Positions 49,950 through 62,700 of a stretch of 64,000 bases of DNA are shown here, in pieces. The DNA lies in assembly GCF_001194135.2 (NCBI RefSeq), contig NC_068987.1, positions 49,907,027 through 49,971,026 of the forward strand. Reading direction: 5' to 3'. The stretch is from Octopus bimaculoides. Lineage: Eukaryota. Made by a program: the position numbers and the translations under genes. The notes under the pieces were generated by a model that saw only the letters and a list, made by a program, of their open reading frames with translations, was not told where the DNA came from and made no database searches. Numbering within the stretch: the first letter of the stretch is position 1; each line of letters opens with the position of its first letter.

Positions 49950-51714
49950 TGAGATTGTGATAATTTTTTGACTAGTGGATGTAAAGGGGACATACCTCCC
50001 TTCTCCACAGAACACCAGAACGAAAATTTCTGATCCCCCATTAATCATTATGTGAAAAATGTTAAGAGTCTAAAACCATCTCTGGAACATAAGTAATGTA
50101 TGTTCCCAGTTTGAAAAAACTCAGTTTAATGTAATCAGTTGTAATCTTTTTACACACACACACATACAGAACAGGATTTATATTATAGATGTATGTTCCC
50201 AGTTTGGAGAAAATCAGTTGTAAATACTGCTTTTACATACACACATGCGCACACAGAGAACAGGACTTATATTATAGATATATATATAGCTAATATTCTC
50301 TTATCTTATTCAATGGAACTTTTTAGATTGCCCAACAGACCATTAGACATACATCAACCCCATATTATTAGCTGATCTCAGATGAAGGCAGCAAGCTGGC
50401 AGAATCATTTGCACATTGGAAAAATGGTTAGTAGCATTTGTTCTGGCTCTTTAGGTTCTGATTTCAAATGGGCTCATGGCTGAGGCAGTGCTAGTGTAGT
50501 AATTCCGATTACAGTGTTGAATATGCCAGTGATTGAGGTATTAAATACTTTGAAATGTGCAGGAGTGAAAGTGAGGCATGCTGGTGCATTGTAAAGTACA
50601 AACAACTTTTTCCATTAAATATGAGACTCACCAAGGGTCTAATAGAAGTAAGTTGCATCTACAAGGCCACAGAGAGGATGAGAAACAAATGAGAAAGGCA
50701 TGCTGTGATGCATGAATGTGACAGTGTTAGTATGTGTATGAACCTTGTGTGGTGTAGCGAAAAGGAATGAACAGTATGAAAATGAGTAAACAAAAGTGGC
50801 AAATTTAGCTGGAAATAGTGTCCTTTCTTAAAAGTCTACTGCTGAAAGTGAAAAAAAGATGTGCTTGCAAAGAAAAAGAGGATGCTGAAAGTCTATGTGA
50901 GAGTCTTAAATTTGCAGAAATGTTTGTAGATAATGCATTGGGACGAGACGAAAAGTGAGTGTGCATTGAAAAGTTTGCATGTGCAGGCTTCTGTATTTTC
51001 CTCCAGTTAGTTTCTGGGCAGGTGACTGTCAAAATGATGCATTTATTGTCTTCCATGGTCAGTGAAATACATTGTTTTTTCATGTAGTTGAAAGACTGAG
51101 ACCTCTGCTCATGAAGGCAGTACAGGTTTAGCATACAGTATCTGATAGCATAAAAAGACTTTAATCTTCTCTAAGCATGCAAATGCAAGAAAATTTCTGA
51201 GTAGGTGAATCAAACTATTTATGTAAGCATGAAAAATGTTATTATCATCATCGTCATTTAATGTCTGGCTTCTGTACTGGCCTGGGTTGGATAGTTTGAC
51301 AGAGTCTGATGAGTTGGAGGGCTTTGTTATGCACCAGTGTCTGTTATGGCATGGTGTCTACAACTGGATGCCTGTGCTAATACCAACCACTTTTTAGAGT
51401 GTCCTGGCACCAGCAGTGATGATCACCTCATAACTTGCAAGGTTATAACTGAGTGAGAACTGAATAGTGGATAATGATCCTAGGTGGAGAGATGTGGGAA
51501 AAGTAAGAGGGGATGTTGGGTAAGTATGTCAGGGAACAGGGGAGGGAAGGGATTAGTGATGGGTCAAAAAGGAAGGGATGCAATGCTGAATCTATAATAA
51601 TACAAAAAGATATGGTGACAGCTGTGGTTTCTGGGAAGTGAAAGAATTCTTGAAAAATAAGCTCTGATTAAAAACTCAAGTGCCAAGTAGGTAAAGTATT
51701 CATTTTGCTTGCTT

Positions 51715-51870
51715 ATGGATTATGAATTCAAATCTTCTGCAGGACATTTTGTTCTACATTATCTCTATTTTCCTAGCTATTGGGAATAGGCATCAGAATT
51801 ATCTGACAATTTAACTTGTTGGACTGGTGGATAAATTACACTGTGTAACATGATTTTTGCCCTTGAGTAG
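51715..51870 (+). pseudogene. PCNX4-like N-terminal fragment
   Basis: DYEFKSSAG/EHEFTSCTG, YLYFP/FLIP, LSDNLTC/LAGLAC, ITL/ITL. Confidence 0.4.
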
Positions 51871-53399
51871 TAGCTGTTATTTCCTATTTGGTTACCCCTA
51901 GAAAGTATGAAAAATGGTTAATATATCCTTCAAACTTTGCTTTTGTTACATTTATTCAAACCCCAAAGAATCCCGCTCAACACATGACTATGATGCTCTC
52001 CCACTACTCCTGTTCATGATCAGAGATGCACATATTGTCAGCCACTAAGGCACATGCTCAAATAGTTAAGGTCAAGTAACTGATAAGCAAATCTGTGGTA
52101 TTGGGCAGAATATTAACTATAACAATCTTTATGCTTCAGCAACTCAGCACTGAATCTATCTGAAATGTAATGGAAAATAGGCCAGTTTCAAAACATTGAT
52201 ATCCAGGTCACAAAAGCAAAGTTTGAAGGGAATAGTAGTCATTCCTTTGATTTCTAGATAGAAGTGAATAGGAAATGACATTTATGACCAAAGCGAAAAA
52301 AACAAAAAAAAAACACTAAAAGTTTCGTTATACAGTATTATATTTCACTCTAAGCTTTTATACTGAAATAAATTAATTTTGTAATGTGAAGTTGTCTGAA
52401 TAGCTCGTGATATATTAATAGCATTAATACTTTGAATAAACCTTCTGTACACTGAAGAGTAAATGGAATGAAAATCTTGAAAACAATAACATTTTTATAA
52501 AATAGCCACTTGAGTTTCAGTTGCAGTGCATTAAGTAGTCCTAAAACCAGCCAATCATGTTCAAAGGGCGTATATTGTTATTTTTGTATTAGATTGTCAT
52601 CATTTTAATGTCCATTTTGCTATGCATGGGTCAGATGGAATTCATTGAAGCTGATTTTTTATAGCCCGATGTCTTTCTTGTTGCCAATTCTTACCTGTTT
52701 AAATGTAAGGTAATATTTCTCCATGGCAAGACATGTTTTCACAAAACATTAGAAATAAGGACTTCACTTGGTGATTCTCATTTACAACTATCATGTGATG
52801 TCAAGACAAGGAGACACAACCTCCTTCCCCCCTACATATATAATCCTTTCTACTATAGGCACAAGGTCTGAAATTTTGAGGGGATGGGACTAGTTGATTA
52901 AACTGATCCCAGTATACAATTGGCACTTATTTATCAACCCCAAAAGGGAAAGGCAAAGTCAACCTATGCAGTGGGATTGAACCTGAAATCATGGTTGGGA
53001 AGCCAACTTGTTAACCACATAGCCATGTCTGCACCTATATCCTTAAGTCTTACTGATGTTATATTTGGAATCAGCACACCCAATACACCTACAAAGAATC
53101 AACCTAACTACTAAGGTACCAAAATGCAAGATATAACTGGGATTCTTAATTTCGGTATGAATGGTTACATTAGTATATAAAGGAGTATGCAGTATATTCA
53201 GACATGTAACTGATAGGGAAAAACTAATGGTATGTTTGGAATCAGCACCCATAATATACCCCATAATTGATCTAACTTTCCAGTCAGCAGAATGTTTTGT
53301 TCTCACATCAACATTACAGCCTATGATCAATCGTGATTGAGCAGACATGATTAAATGGCATTCTAGCTGTGACTTATCTTTTGCAATAGTGTGTGTGTG

Positions 53400-53960
53400 T
53401 AGAAGATGCACAGGAGTCATTAAGTCTACAGATACATGGGGAAATTGATTTTCTCAAATGATCTGAAGACTCTCTAGAGATTGTAGATAATTTCTGTTAT
53501 ATAGATGACCTAATTAGTAGAGAGGAAGGATGTTCCAAATGTGTAATTACTAGAATAAGAATAGGATGGAAAAAATTCAGTGCTTTTCCTAAGATTTCTC
53601 TCTCAGAGTGAAGGGAAAATTGTATGATGCTTGTGCATGAATTGTAATGCTACACGGTAGTGAGACATGAGCCCTAAATGCAGAGGACATGTGAAGACTG
53701 GAGAGAAATGAAGCTAGTATGCTCCACTGGATGTGCAATATCAGTGTACATGTATGACAGAGTGCTAGTGCATTGAGAGAAAAGTTAGGCATAAAGAGGA
53801 ATGAAACTAATGGAAGAGAGAGACTCAGGAAGACATGGGACAAAGTATTGAAGGTCGATCTAATGATGCTGAGTTTTATTGGAAGAGATGACAAAGGACC
53901 AAGATATCAGGTGCCTTGCTGTGCTTGAGAAAACCCATTCACCACAACAGAATTGATATC
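53400..53960 (+). mobile_element. RTE LINE RT/C-terminal fragment (decayed)
   Basis: SLEIVDNFCY...RIRIGWKKF...SLRVKGKLYDAC...MLHGSET...RLERNEASMLHWMCN. Confidence 0.85.
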
Positions 53961-56772
53961 CTCAAACCATCTTGGTAAATGCTTGTACATGTGAAGCTCT
54001 GCCCTACCTCCATCCTCTCTGCTCTGTGAAGCTTACCCCACATCTCATTCCCAACACTTATCACTTCTTTATCTCTGACAGTGTTGTTCAGCTACCATAA
54101 TCACTCAAGAGCAGAATAGGCACTATGCATACACACATCACACTTTTATTACCTTCTCTTTTCCAGAGCTCCCTATCTTTTCCCAGCCATGATCTCCACT
54201 CTCTGCTTGACTCAATCCTTAGAACCACCTCCATTCCTCATTATCCAGTCATGCTCTCTCCTCTCTGCTATACACCTCATTCACGCCCTATCTCTCGCAT
54301 TGCCCACACATATCTAACATAGCATTTCATCTATCTTTATGCTCTGAGTTCAAATGCTGCTGAGGTCGATTTTGCCTTTCATCATTTCAGGGTCAATAAA
54401 TTAAGCACCAGTCAAGCACTGGGTTAATGTAATTGACTATCCACTTCCCCCNNNNNNNNNNAATTAAGCACCAGTCAAGCACTGGGTTAATGTAATTGAC
54501 TATCCACTTCCCCCAAAATTCAAAGCCTTGTGCCAATACCAGAAAAGATTATTAAGTTAAATAGAACTCCATAGATATGTGTATGTTTTTTTTTTTTTTT
54601 GTGAAAACTTGTTTATTTTTGCCAATCTTATTAGAGAAGAGGGAAGGACTTGGTAACTGGGGCAAAATGAGTAATTTCTGATTTCTTGTTATTTTCTCCT
54701 TACTTGTTCAAAACCATTATGTTGCAGGTATTACATCTTTATTTTGTACTGTTGCATCATTTTTGATAGTAAAAATTGAGTCAGGTGACAGGTACTTTTT
54801 TTTCAAGAAATTTTTCAATTTTAACTTGGTTGCTAATAAAATATCTGGATAATTTTTGGTGGTTAACAATCAATATTCTTTTCTCTATTAGATTTCAGGT
54901 CAATTTTTTTCCACACTAATGTCTAATTTTGATAATTTTCCATTTTCAAAAACAATGTCTAAACTGGGGCAAAATGAGTAATGACTAATCATAATTTCTC
55001 TAACTGCAGGGTGCACAAATATATCATGAAGAGAGCCACTTGAGCAGATTGTGAAGAAGCTGTTGAGAATATTTCATGTTGAGTTTTTAGATTTAGTCGA
55101 GTTTTGTTAATTTCATATCATATGCCATTTTTCTATGATCCTCTTTTAATCTGACCAAGATATTTAATTTTTTAATTTTTTTTTTTTTGCATTTCTGATC
55201 TTTCTTATGTCTAAGGATGGATATTGATGCATATGAATCTTTTTTCAAATGCAATTCTGGAGAACTGAAAAGGAAAATTTACCTTATCTTGTCTTACTCA
55301 TTTTACTCCATCCAAATTTATCTTTTACATGATCAAAGAGAACAGAGATAATTTTCTGAAATAGTGTTCTGAATATTTTATAGTGTTTTCAAAGCATTTG
55401 GAGACCATTTGCTAAACAGTTATGGTTTTCGTAAGGTAGTGAACATTTGTGAAATATATTGTTTTCTCAAAGTAAAAATTGCAGTAAACATTACTCACTG
55501 CGACCCCACCCTCGCCCTATGAATTGCTTCATACACTACAATATTAACTCTATTGTGCGAAACATTTTATCGCGAATTGATTAATGTAAAATCTATATAC
55601 CATTGATAGTCAAACAGAACATATATTAGTAATTCATTGAAAACATGTTTACATCTGACCCTCGTACTATGCCTAAGACTTGAGTTGACTCAACAATTCT
55701 AGGTATGCATCAACATACTATTAACCACCTCAACCTTGAACAATACGAAATAAATAAAAAAAAAACACTATCGTAACCCTAGAAGTCTTGTTTACATCTT
55801 CATAAGATAAGATTTATATGAGTAGTAAGTTTGGTGAAAGACTGAATAAGCTTGTCTTTGTTGCTGACAGGCGTGTGTGTGTCAGAGAGAGAGGATGTGT
55901 GGTGTATTGTGCGTGTGCTTTGATGTGTGCTTTTGCTTGTTTTCGTAGTTCACTGTATTTGCGAGTGTCTGTATATGTACCTAAGTGTATTTATGTAGCC
56001 GATTGTGATTGTGTGCAAATATTTGAGGGTGTGTACTTATATTTGTATCTTCTTTTGTATATAATGTTGTTTAGCTCTAAATCAGATTTCATCGAGCTAC
56101 CCTTATGGTTAGAGACATTGCAACCATAATTATCCTATGTATTTACTTGTACTCTTCTCTACATTATTCTGATATATATTATCCCATTTTTTTTTCAAGA
56201 GAGTAGGAGTAATTTGAGGGAGATTCGGTTGCTAATTATTAACAAGTCAGACGACCACGTGTTGCAAATGTAGAAAAACCTCTCGCCCGCACTCAAATTT
56301 AAAACCACCAAATGAAGAAGTTTTTTAAAAAGACCTTTAGATAGTAAAAACACACAAAAAACCCTTATGTCCAAAACAATACTTTAATATAAATTGCATT
56401 TTCTATGAATTAAAATTAAAGATTCGTTTATTTTTCTCAACAAAGATACACCCTACAGGCTCTTACGATTTTGTAATTCGACCCCAGTACTAAAACGTTG
56501 CTCCCCACCCGCCATTGATATAGAGGTTCCCCTCATTGGCTCCGTGTTTGTGTGCTGAGAAGTGGGTACGTTTGCTAAGAAGAGGGTATTGCACCTCTGT
56601 ATACAGCCCTTGTGGCTAATTAAATGAAATAAAGAAGAGGGTATGAGGGAAGAATTTGTTCATGTTTACGGGCTCCTGCTGAACATTTTCCCCCTATGTT
56701 CGCGACATGAATATGCTGTTATACTTAGGCAGACTACACCCATGTCTTACGTTTGTGTATATGTTAATGGGT

Positions 56773-57465
56773 GGAGTCTGGACAAAAGCCCCATAATTAA
56801 AGTGTGAAAGTGGACAAAAGACCCAGTTATATTTTTGGATCTGTCATTAGATTGTGGTCATGCCGAGGTACTGCCTTAATTATTAGTTGAATGTATCAAC
56901 CCCAGTATTTTTTCTTTTACTTGTTGCAGTTATTAGACTGCGACCGGCCATGCTGGGACCCCACCTTAAAGAATTTTTAGATGGCTGTATGGAACCCAGA
57001 ATTTTATTAAGCTTGATCAAAACTACTTCTGTGATATATTTCGTTTTTTTGTTTTCTTTTTACTTGTTTCAGTCATTGGACTGTGGCCATGCTGGGGCAC
57101 CGCCTTGAGGAATTTTTAATCGATACAGTTGACTAAAAAATTCTTGAAGGTGGTGCTCCAGCATGGCCGCAGCCTAATAACTGCAACAAGTAAAAATGAA
57201 AAACAATTCTAGCGTCGATACCTTCGACTAAAAATTCTTCAAGGTGGTGCCCCAGCATGACCGCAGTCTAATTGCGTCAAGTAAAAAGGATAAAAAATTC
57301 TGGAGTCGAAACGTTCAACTAAAAATTCTTCGAAGCGGTGCTCCAGCATGGGCTACAGTCTGATGACTGAAACAAGTAAAAGGTGAAAAAATAACAGAAA
57401 AAATATTACAAGTGGAGCTTTTGTCCACTTTCACACTTTAACTAGGGGGATTTTGTCCGACACTC
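56773..57465. mobile_element. Foldback DNA element with 9-bp TSD (Mutator-like MITE)
   Basis: Direct repeat TTAATGGGT at 56764-56772 and 57466-57474; ~50-bp TIRs (ggacaaaag..ttaaagtgtgaaagtggacaaaag); interior made of opposed SINE-tail units. Confidence 0.7.
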
Positions 57466-59639
57466 TTAATGGGTATATATACGTGTTTCTAGTAAATATT
57501 TCTTCCGGCTCTTTACGTTCTAATTTCAAATCCAGCTGAAGTCAATTTCACCTTTCATCCTTTCATTGAAGTATTGGAAGAAATGAGTTGGCACGCATAC
57601 ACATATGTTGTTGTTTTTAATAATGGTGTGGTCAAATGTCATGCAGTTCTATGTCATAATTGAGGTCCGTGTACATGTGGAACAACAACCATTTTCATGT
57701 TATCAAATCCTACATACGTAATTCAGCTTCAGTTACCCTTATTCTAATCTGCCTTGTTGATCGTGTAAGATTTTCTCGTTTAACAACCCTCACCTCTACA
57801 TTTGGCTTCTGTTCGAGACACCACCCACGCGTGGTGTGACGTTCTTTAATGCTTGTTTAACGATGTAAACAAATAGGATGCGCCCTCTCTTTCAGAACAC
57901 CCCTACATAGAAACAAACTGCACAATTATTCCTGTTGTTTTTTATAATTTTAAATGTTGATAAGTAGCATATAAATACACGAACAATACCTAGATTTATA
58001 ATAAACATATGGGAATACAGCTTAAGAAAGTTTTTAAAAATTTACTGTTTAACGCATGAATTAAGTTATGCTTCATTATGATTTGTAAACATTGGCATAC
58101 AGCTATAGATATGCAAGGAAGAATACAGTCAATCGAAATTAATATTAGCATGCAATATACATTTTAACGATCGTAGAAGGGCGGAAGACTAATAGTTTCT
58201 GAAAAATTTGGACTCCGAAATACAGATTCAGCAGTGAATGTGCAGTCCCAGTGAGTTAGACTCAACTAGTTTCGACATCACTTTTCATATGTTAGACCTG
58301 TAAGTAATAGTAAACACTGCAACAGTAGGTAGGTAGATAGATAGATAGATGCATATATTTATACTTCTGCATATATTTGTACACGCACGCAGCACATTCC
58401 TGTTCACATTGTTAAAAACAACACACCTAAATCATACACACACACACATCAACACAAAGAACGGTTTCTGATTTAGGCACATGGCTGGCATTTTAAAAGG
58501 GAGGGGTTAGTCGTTGCAATCAACCCAGTACTTCGTTGGTACTTTTATCGACATCTAACTGACGGAAGACTTCGGTAGGATTTGAAACCAGAACGTAAAG
58601 CGCCGGAAGAAATACCGCATGATATTTTGTCTAACTTTAATCGATATAATGTAGCGCGTGTGTATATGTTATAGGTATGTATATATGTACATGCAAACTA
58701 TGTAAATAATTATATACATATATAGACATATATTACACACACGTATATATAGATTGATAGATATACGTGTTCATATGCGCGCGTGCGAGGTTATTTACTT
58801 GCTTATTAACCAACACAACTCGAATGTTAATTAAAAAAGATTTTTTTAAAATTAAGCCTTTCGTTTTTTTTTCTTCAAATGATGCCTTTAGTAGTATTCC
58901 CATACGGACAGGAAATAATGATGATAGTGATGCTGTTATATAAGTATCTCGCTAAACTCTTTTAAAAGTCCCGTGTCCGAACTAACAAACACGCCAAAAG
59001 ATTTATTTCATCATCCCCATTAATAACAACATTATTATGGAATTATTTTGAATAAGAAGTGTAAATGAAGTTAAAACAAAAAAAAGATCCTACGAGAAAT
59101 ATTTAAAAACAATAACTTGAAAAAAAAAACGAAAATTGAGTTGTATTTTTATTCATTTATTATAAAAGAAAATTAATTGTGCCTGGTGTAGTGTGGATTT
59201 GAATTCCGTTTTATTTTGGTCGTGAAGGCATTCTTTATTTGTTTGGGATGAAAACAATAGAAAAAAATGAAAAGAAGAAAAAGTACGGAAGGCTAGATGT
59301 GCAGAAAATGTGTTTCTACCTCCGTATTCTGTCCTTGACCGATATACAATATGGTAAACAATATTTTCTTTCGCATCTGGATGACACGCAAATAATAACA
59401 AATAAAACTTATTTCATAACAAATAAAACTAGTTATCATTAATCCATTTTTATATTGCTTTTTCTCTTCCACTTAAGAAATAAATAGTTACTAATACTAT
59501 AGAAATGAAAGAAATTTAAATTATATTCTTTTTTTTTCCTTTCTTTAATTTTACCGATTTTGTTAAGCTCTTCTCGGTTACATAGGGACAAGTGGATAAG
59601 ACTTTTGCTATCTGGTTATTGGAGTCGTAAATTCAAATA

Positions 59640-60190
59640 CTGTGAAAATATCCTGTTTTGAGCAGCATCAGTTCATTTCTCTTTGCTTTGGTGACATACA
59701 GCAGGATTTTCTGAAGAAAAGATAGTTAAGGCATGGAAACAAGAATTATGATGTTTCGTGTTGTCATCCAGAAAGTGAAAGTACTGATGTCATCAAAGAT
59801 CGGCATATCTGAATGGATGTAAAATACTGTTCAGTGGTACTCAACTAAATTCGCTAATGAAATGGAGCTGGGAGAATGTTTTTCCGTTTTTCTTTGAAAT
59901 TGGAGATTGAGCTATGTGAAAAGCATTATATCATACGGGAACATTGAAAGTGTGATTAACTTTCTTGCATCATTGGAAATAATTAATTCCTAATTTAGCA
60001 GCAATGAATCAATGTTGTAATGGTTCTGTTTAATGACTTGTCTCACATATTTAGATGGAAAAGCTTGGTAGTGTTAGACAAAATTCTTTCTTCACTCGGT
60101 CTCATATCCTGTTGTTGGGCTTTAGGCATTGGTGGACAGTTGTTGAAAGAAAACAATGTTGTTATGGAGCAGGTTGGTGTTGGTAGTGGA
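59640..60190 (+). pseudogene. Decayed PCNX4-like N-terminal fragment
   Basis: IMMFRVVIQ/LMLFTAFVIQ; DLSHIF...VLDKIL...WALG-x12-MEQV vs DLAHRF...MNQIL...WALG-x12-MEQV (WALG 60116-60127, MEQV 60164-60175). Confidence 0.7.
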
Positions 60191-60859
60191 GCAGTAGTTA
60201 ACTGTTGTAACTATTTTAGAGTTATATGTGCTATAGCAGTAGTTAACTTGTAGTTGTATTTTAGAGATGTATGTGCTATGTGGTAGATCAATCATCCTAT
60301 ACAGATTGGTGGAAATGGTTTACAAAATTTATTAAATGTCTTCCACAGTGTTATCCAGTCTAATTCTTATATTTTAGTCTATTATTAAACAAATTAAAAT
60401 AAAATAAATCAAAAGAAATTCACAAAAACAAAATCAGATTTTACTAACACCATTTTGTTAAATTCCAATTTTCTTTCCTTTCAAAGGAAATTCCTTCACT
60501 TTCCCGACTAAGTTTCCGGCAAATGACAATCTCTGCCACTTCAGTAGTTTCATTTTCTCAATCACAAAACAAAACTTTGTCACAAGAATTACACACCAGA
60601 CCTGGGGATACTTGTAACTTTTCAAGAAGACCTATGATCTAAATGTTCCGACCACAATCATCTTCTCTCTTCGTCAGCCACTAGGATTACATTATCCAAC
60701 ATGTCTTTTATTTGTTTGTTTTTTCTAAAATGATAAGATGAAATTTTAGAAAGATTTAGGTGCTTTTTCTCATAAGTTCATGTGGAACTCACTTTTTTTA
60801 ATGCCAGCATTGGAAACAGATACTAAATGATGATGATGATGACAGGTCTTGGGTAAAGG

Positions 60860-61030
60860 ATTGTGCTTATGGCCTTCGTAAACCACCTAAACCTGACCAG
60901 ATCAACATAATTAATGTTCCTCTTGAGTAGTTTTGATTTGTAACTGAAAAATGTGAGAGTAGGGTATTCCAAAAGGGTCAGCATTCTGGAAAGGGAGGAC
61001 TGAACCCAGATGGTCGATAATTGATAAAAA
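60860..61030 (-). pseudogene. PCNX4-like fragment
   Basis: LLEYPTL/IAEYSL, LLKR/LMRP, YVDLVRF/SVDLAHRF. Confidence 0.4.
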
Positions 61031-61219
61031 AAAATCAATTGTTCAGAGATTTTAGCAATAATATCTCTATGAAATTCAGATATATATTGACCAAAATTAA
61101 GGTTATTTCTTTTGTAGCTGTATTCTTTTCTCTATCTAGACATTGTTTTCTCAAATAGCTTTTATCTTTCAAATAATCATTCATTGTATTGGTACAAGCT
61201 GACTGTTTGTAGGGGAGAA

Positions 61220-61290
61220 GTTATCTTTGATTGAATTAACTTCGTTATCTGTCTTGCTCTTGCTTTATTGAAATACAGCAGTGTCTCAAG
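61220..61290 (+). pseudogene. Short PCNX4-like fragment
   Basis: FD*INFVICLALALLKYS vs [21 protein letters not shown]. Confidence 0.35.
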
Positions 61291-62559
61291 TAATATAGTT
61301 GAGATAATTTAATCAAAATCATCTATGCATTTAGTTGACAAAATCTCTGTGTGTACATGAAATCTAAAAGTAAGCAAGAGAGACAATTTCTTTAAGATCA
61401 ATCAACAGAAATTTTGAAACCTTTAAAAAATTCAGACCATATTCCTGAGATATTTTCTCTCAGCTGTAACTCCGAACAAGAACTCTTACATGACAATTGG
61501 AGCTTTTTGGATCTCTTCACATGAGACAACACCTTGAGTGCTGGTTGCATGATTCAATGCACCCAATGCAGTGCCACCTTAAGGCATGACCTCACTGGGT
61601 AGATACTCAGGGTTCTCACAGTTCTTGGGGCCCAATTCTAATCTATATATGCTGTGGCTTGCTGTCAGTAAGTAAATACAATAGGGTCCAGTGCACTGAT
61701 TTGCACAGGGGTCTATAATGCTGCTAAAATGATCCTGATCTAGTGCACTCTGTAAAGTGGTTTATATTAGAAAGGGTATCCAATGTTAGAAAAAACAAGC
61801 CCAAAATAGAGAACATATGAATACGTGAACTTCTCAAGCTGCATTACAAGATACCTGTTTAAGTGGGGGTTCAAATAAGAATTGTTGAGCAACTTTACTA
61901 TTCTCTGATCTGGCTCCAATAGGATCAGGAAGCTTCCACATGGTTGTACAAACTGTGAAAGAAACATCATCATCGTCATCATCATCATCATCATTTAATG
62001 TCTGTTTTCCATGCTGGCATGTGTTGGATGGTTTGACTGGAAACTGGTAAGCTGGAGTGCTGCACCAGGTTTCAATCTGATCTGGCATGGTTTCTATAGC
62101 TGGATGCCCTTCCTAATGCCAACCACTCCAACAGTGTAGTGGGTGCTTTTTACGTACCACCAGTACAGGTGCCAGTTACGAAACACCAACATCAGCCATG
62201 ACTATGATCTCACTTGGCTTGACAGGTTTTCTCAAGCACAGTATATCGCTAAGGGTCCCGGTCACTTGTTACTGCGTCCGTGGGGCCCATCACTCAATGG
62301 ATACTTTTTATGCGTATCTTCATGATGATCATCATCATCCTCATAATCATAAATTGTCCATTAATAGTCATTGATGACTATTAATGGTCAATAGTCATGT
62401 GTTGTAGTATAAAAATAGATTACTCTCTTTCGCTGGTTTCTGTCCTAAGCTGCTGTGGTTCAGCTGTAGGTGTCTTGTCTTGTATTTATCTTCATCCTTG
62501 TTTCTAAATTAGGGGTATGGATATAAGTACAGGAATGAAATTTGCTTAGTGGGTGTAAA

Positions 62560-62700
62560 GTCAGGTCCAACCCAAGTATTTTCATGCACATACAAAGTTT
62601 CACCTTGCTTACCTTTATGAGGCAGATTGAGAATGTTGAACAAATTGAATCTTTGTAGTCACTGTCAACCTTTCCCATGTGAAAGTTAGCTATACACACC
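62560..62700 (-). pseudogene. PCNX4-like C-terminal fragment
   Basis: FHMGKVDSD...CLIKVSKV vs FSLGYDSN...LLIQVGKL. Confidence 0.35.

Noticed and set aside
54399-54514. Exact 53-bp tandem duplication
   Set aside because: The two copies flank a 10-N gap (54452-54461), which is typical of an unmerged contig overlap; assembly artefact
54650-55310. Repeated GGGGCAAAATGAGTAA motifs (direct and inverted)
   Set aside because: Probably subterminal repeats of a decayed DNA transposon, but no termini or TSD could be defined
57125-57390. Regularly spaced repeats superficially like a CRISPR array
   Set aside because: Eukaryotic context, degenerate SINE-derived units, no unique spacers or cas genes
59295-59830. 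Possible first exons of a + strand gene (ATG|gtaaac; tag| acceptor near 59586)
   Set aside because: Only short ORFs, no downstream conserved exons, and the region overlaps PCNX4-like debris
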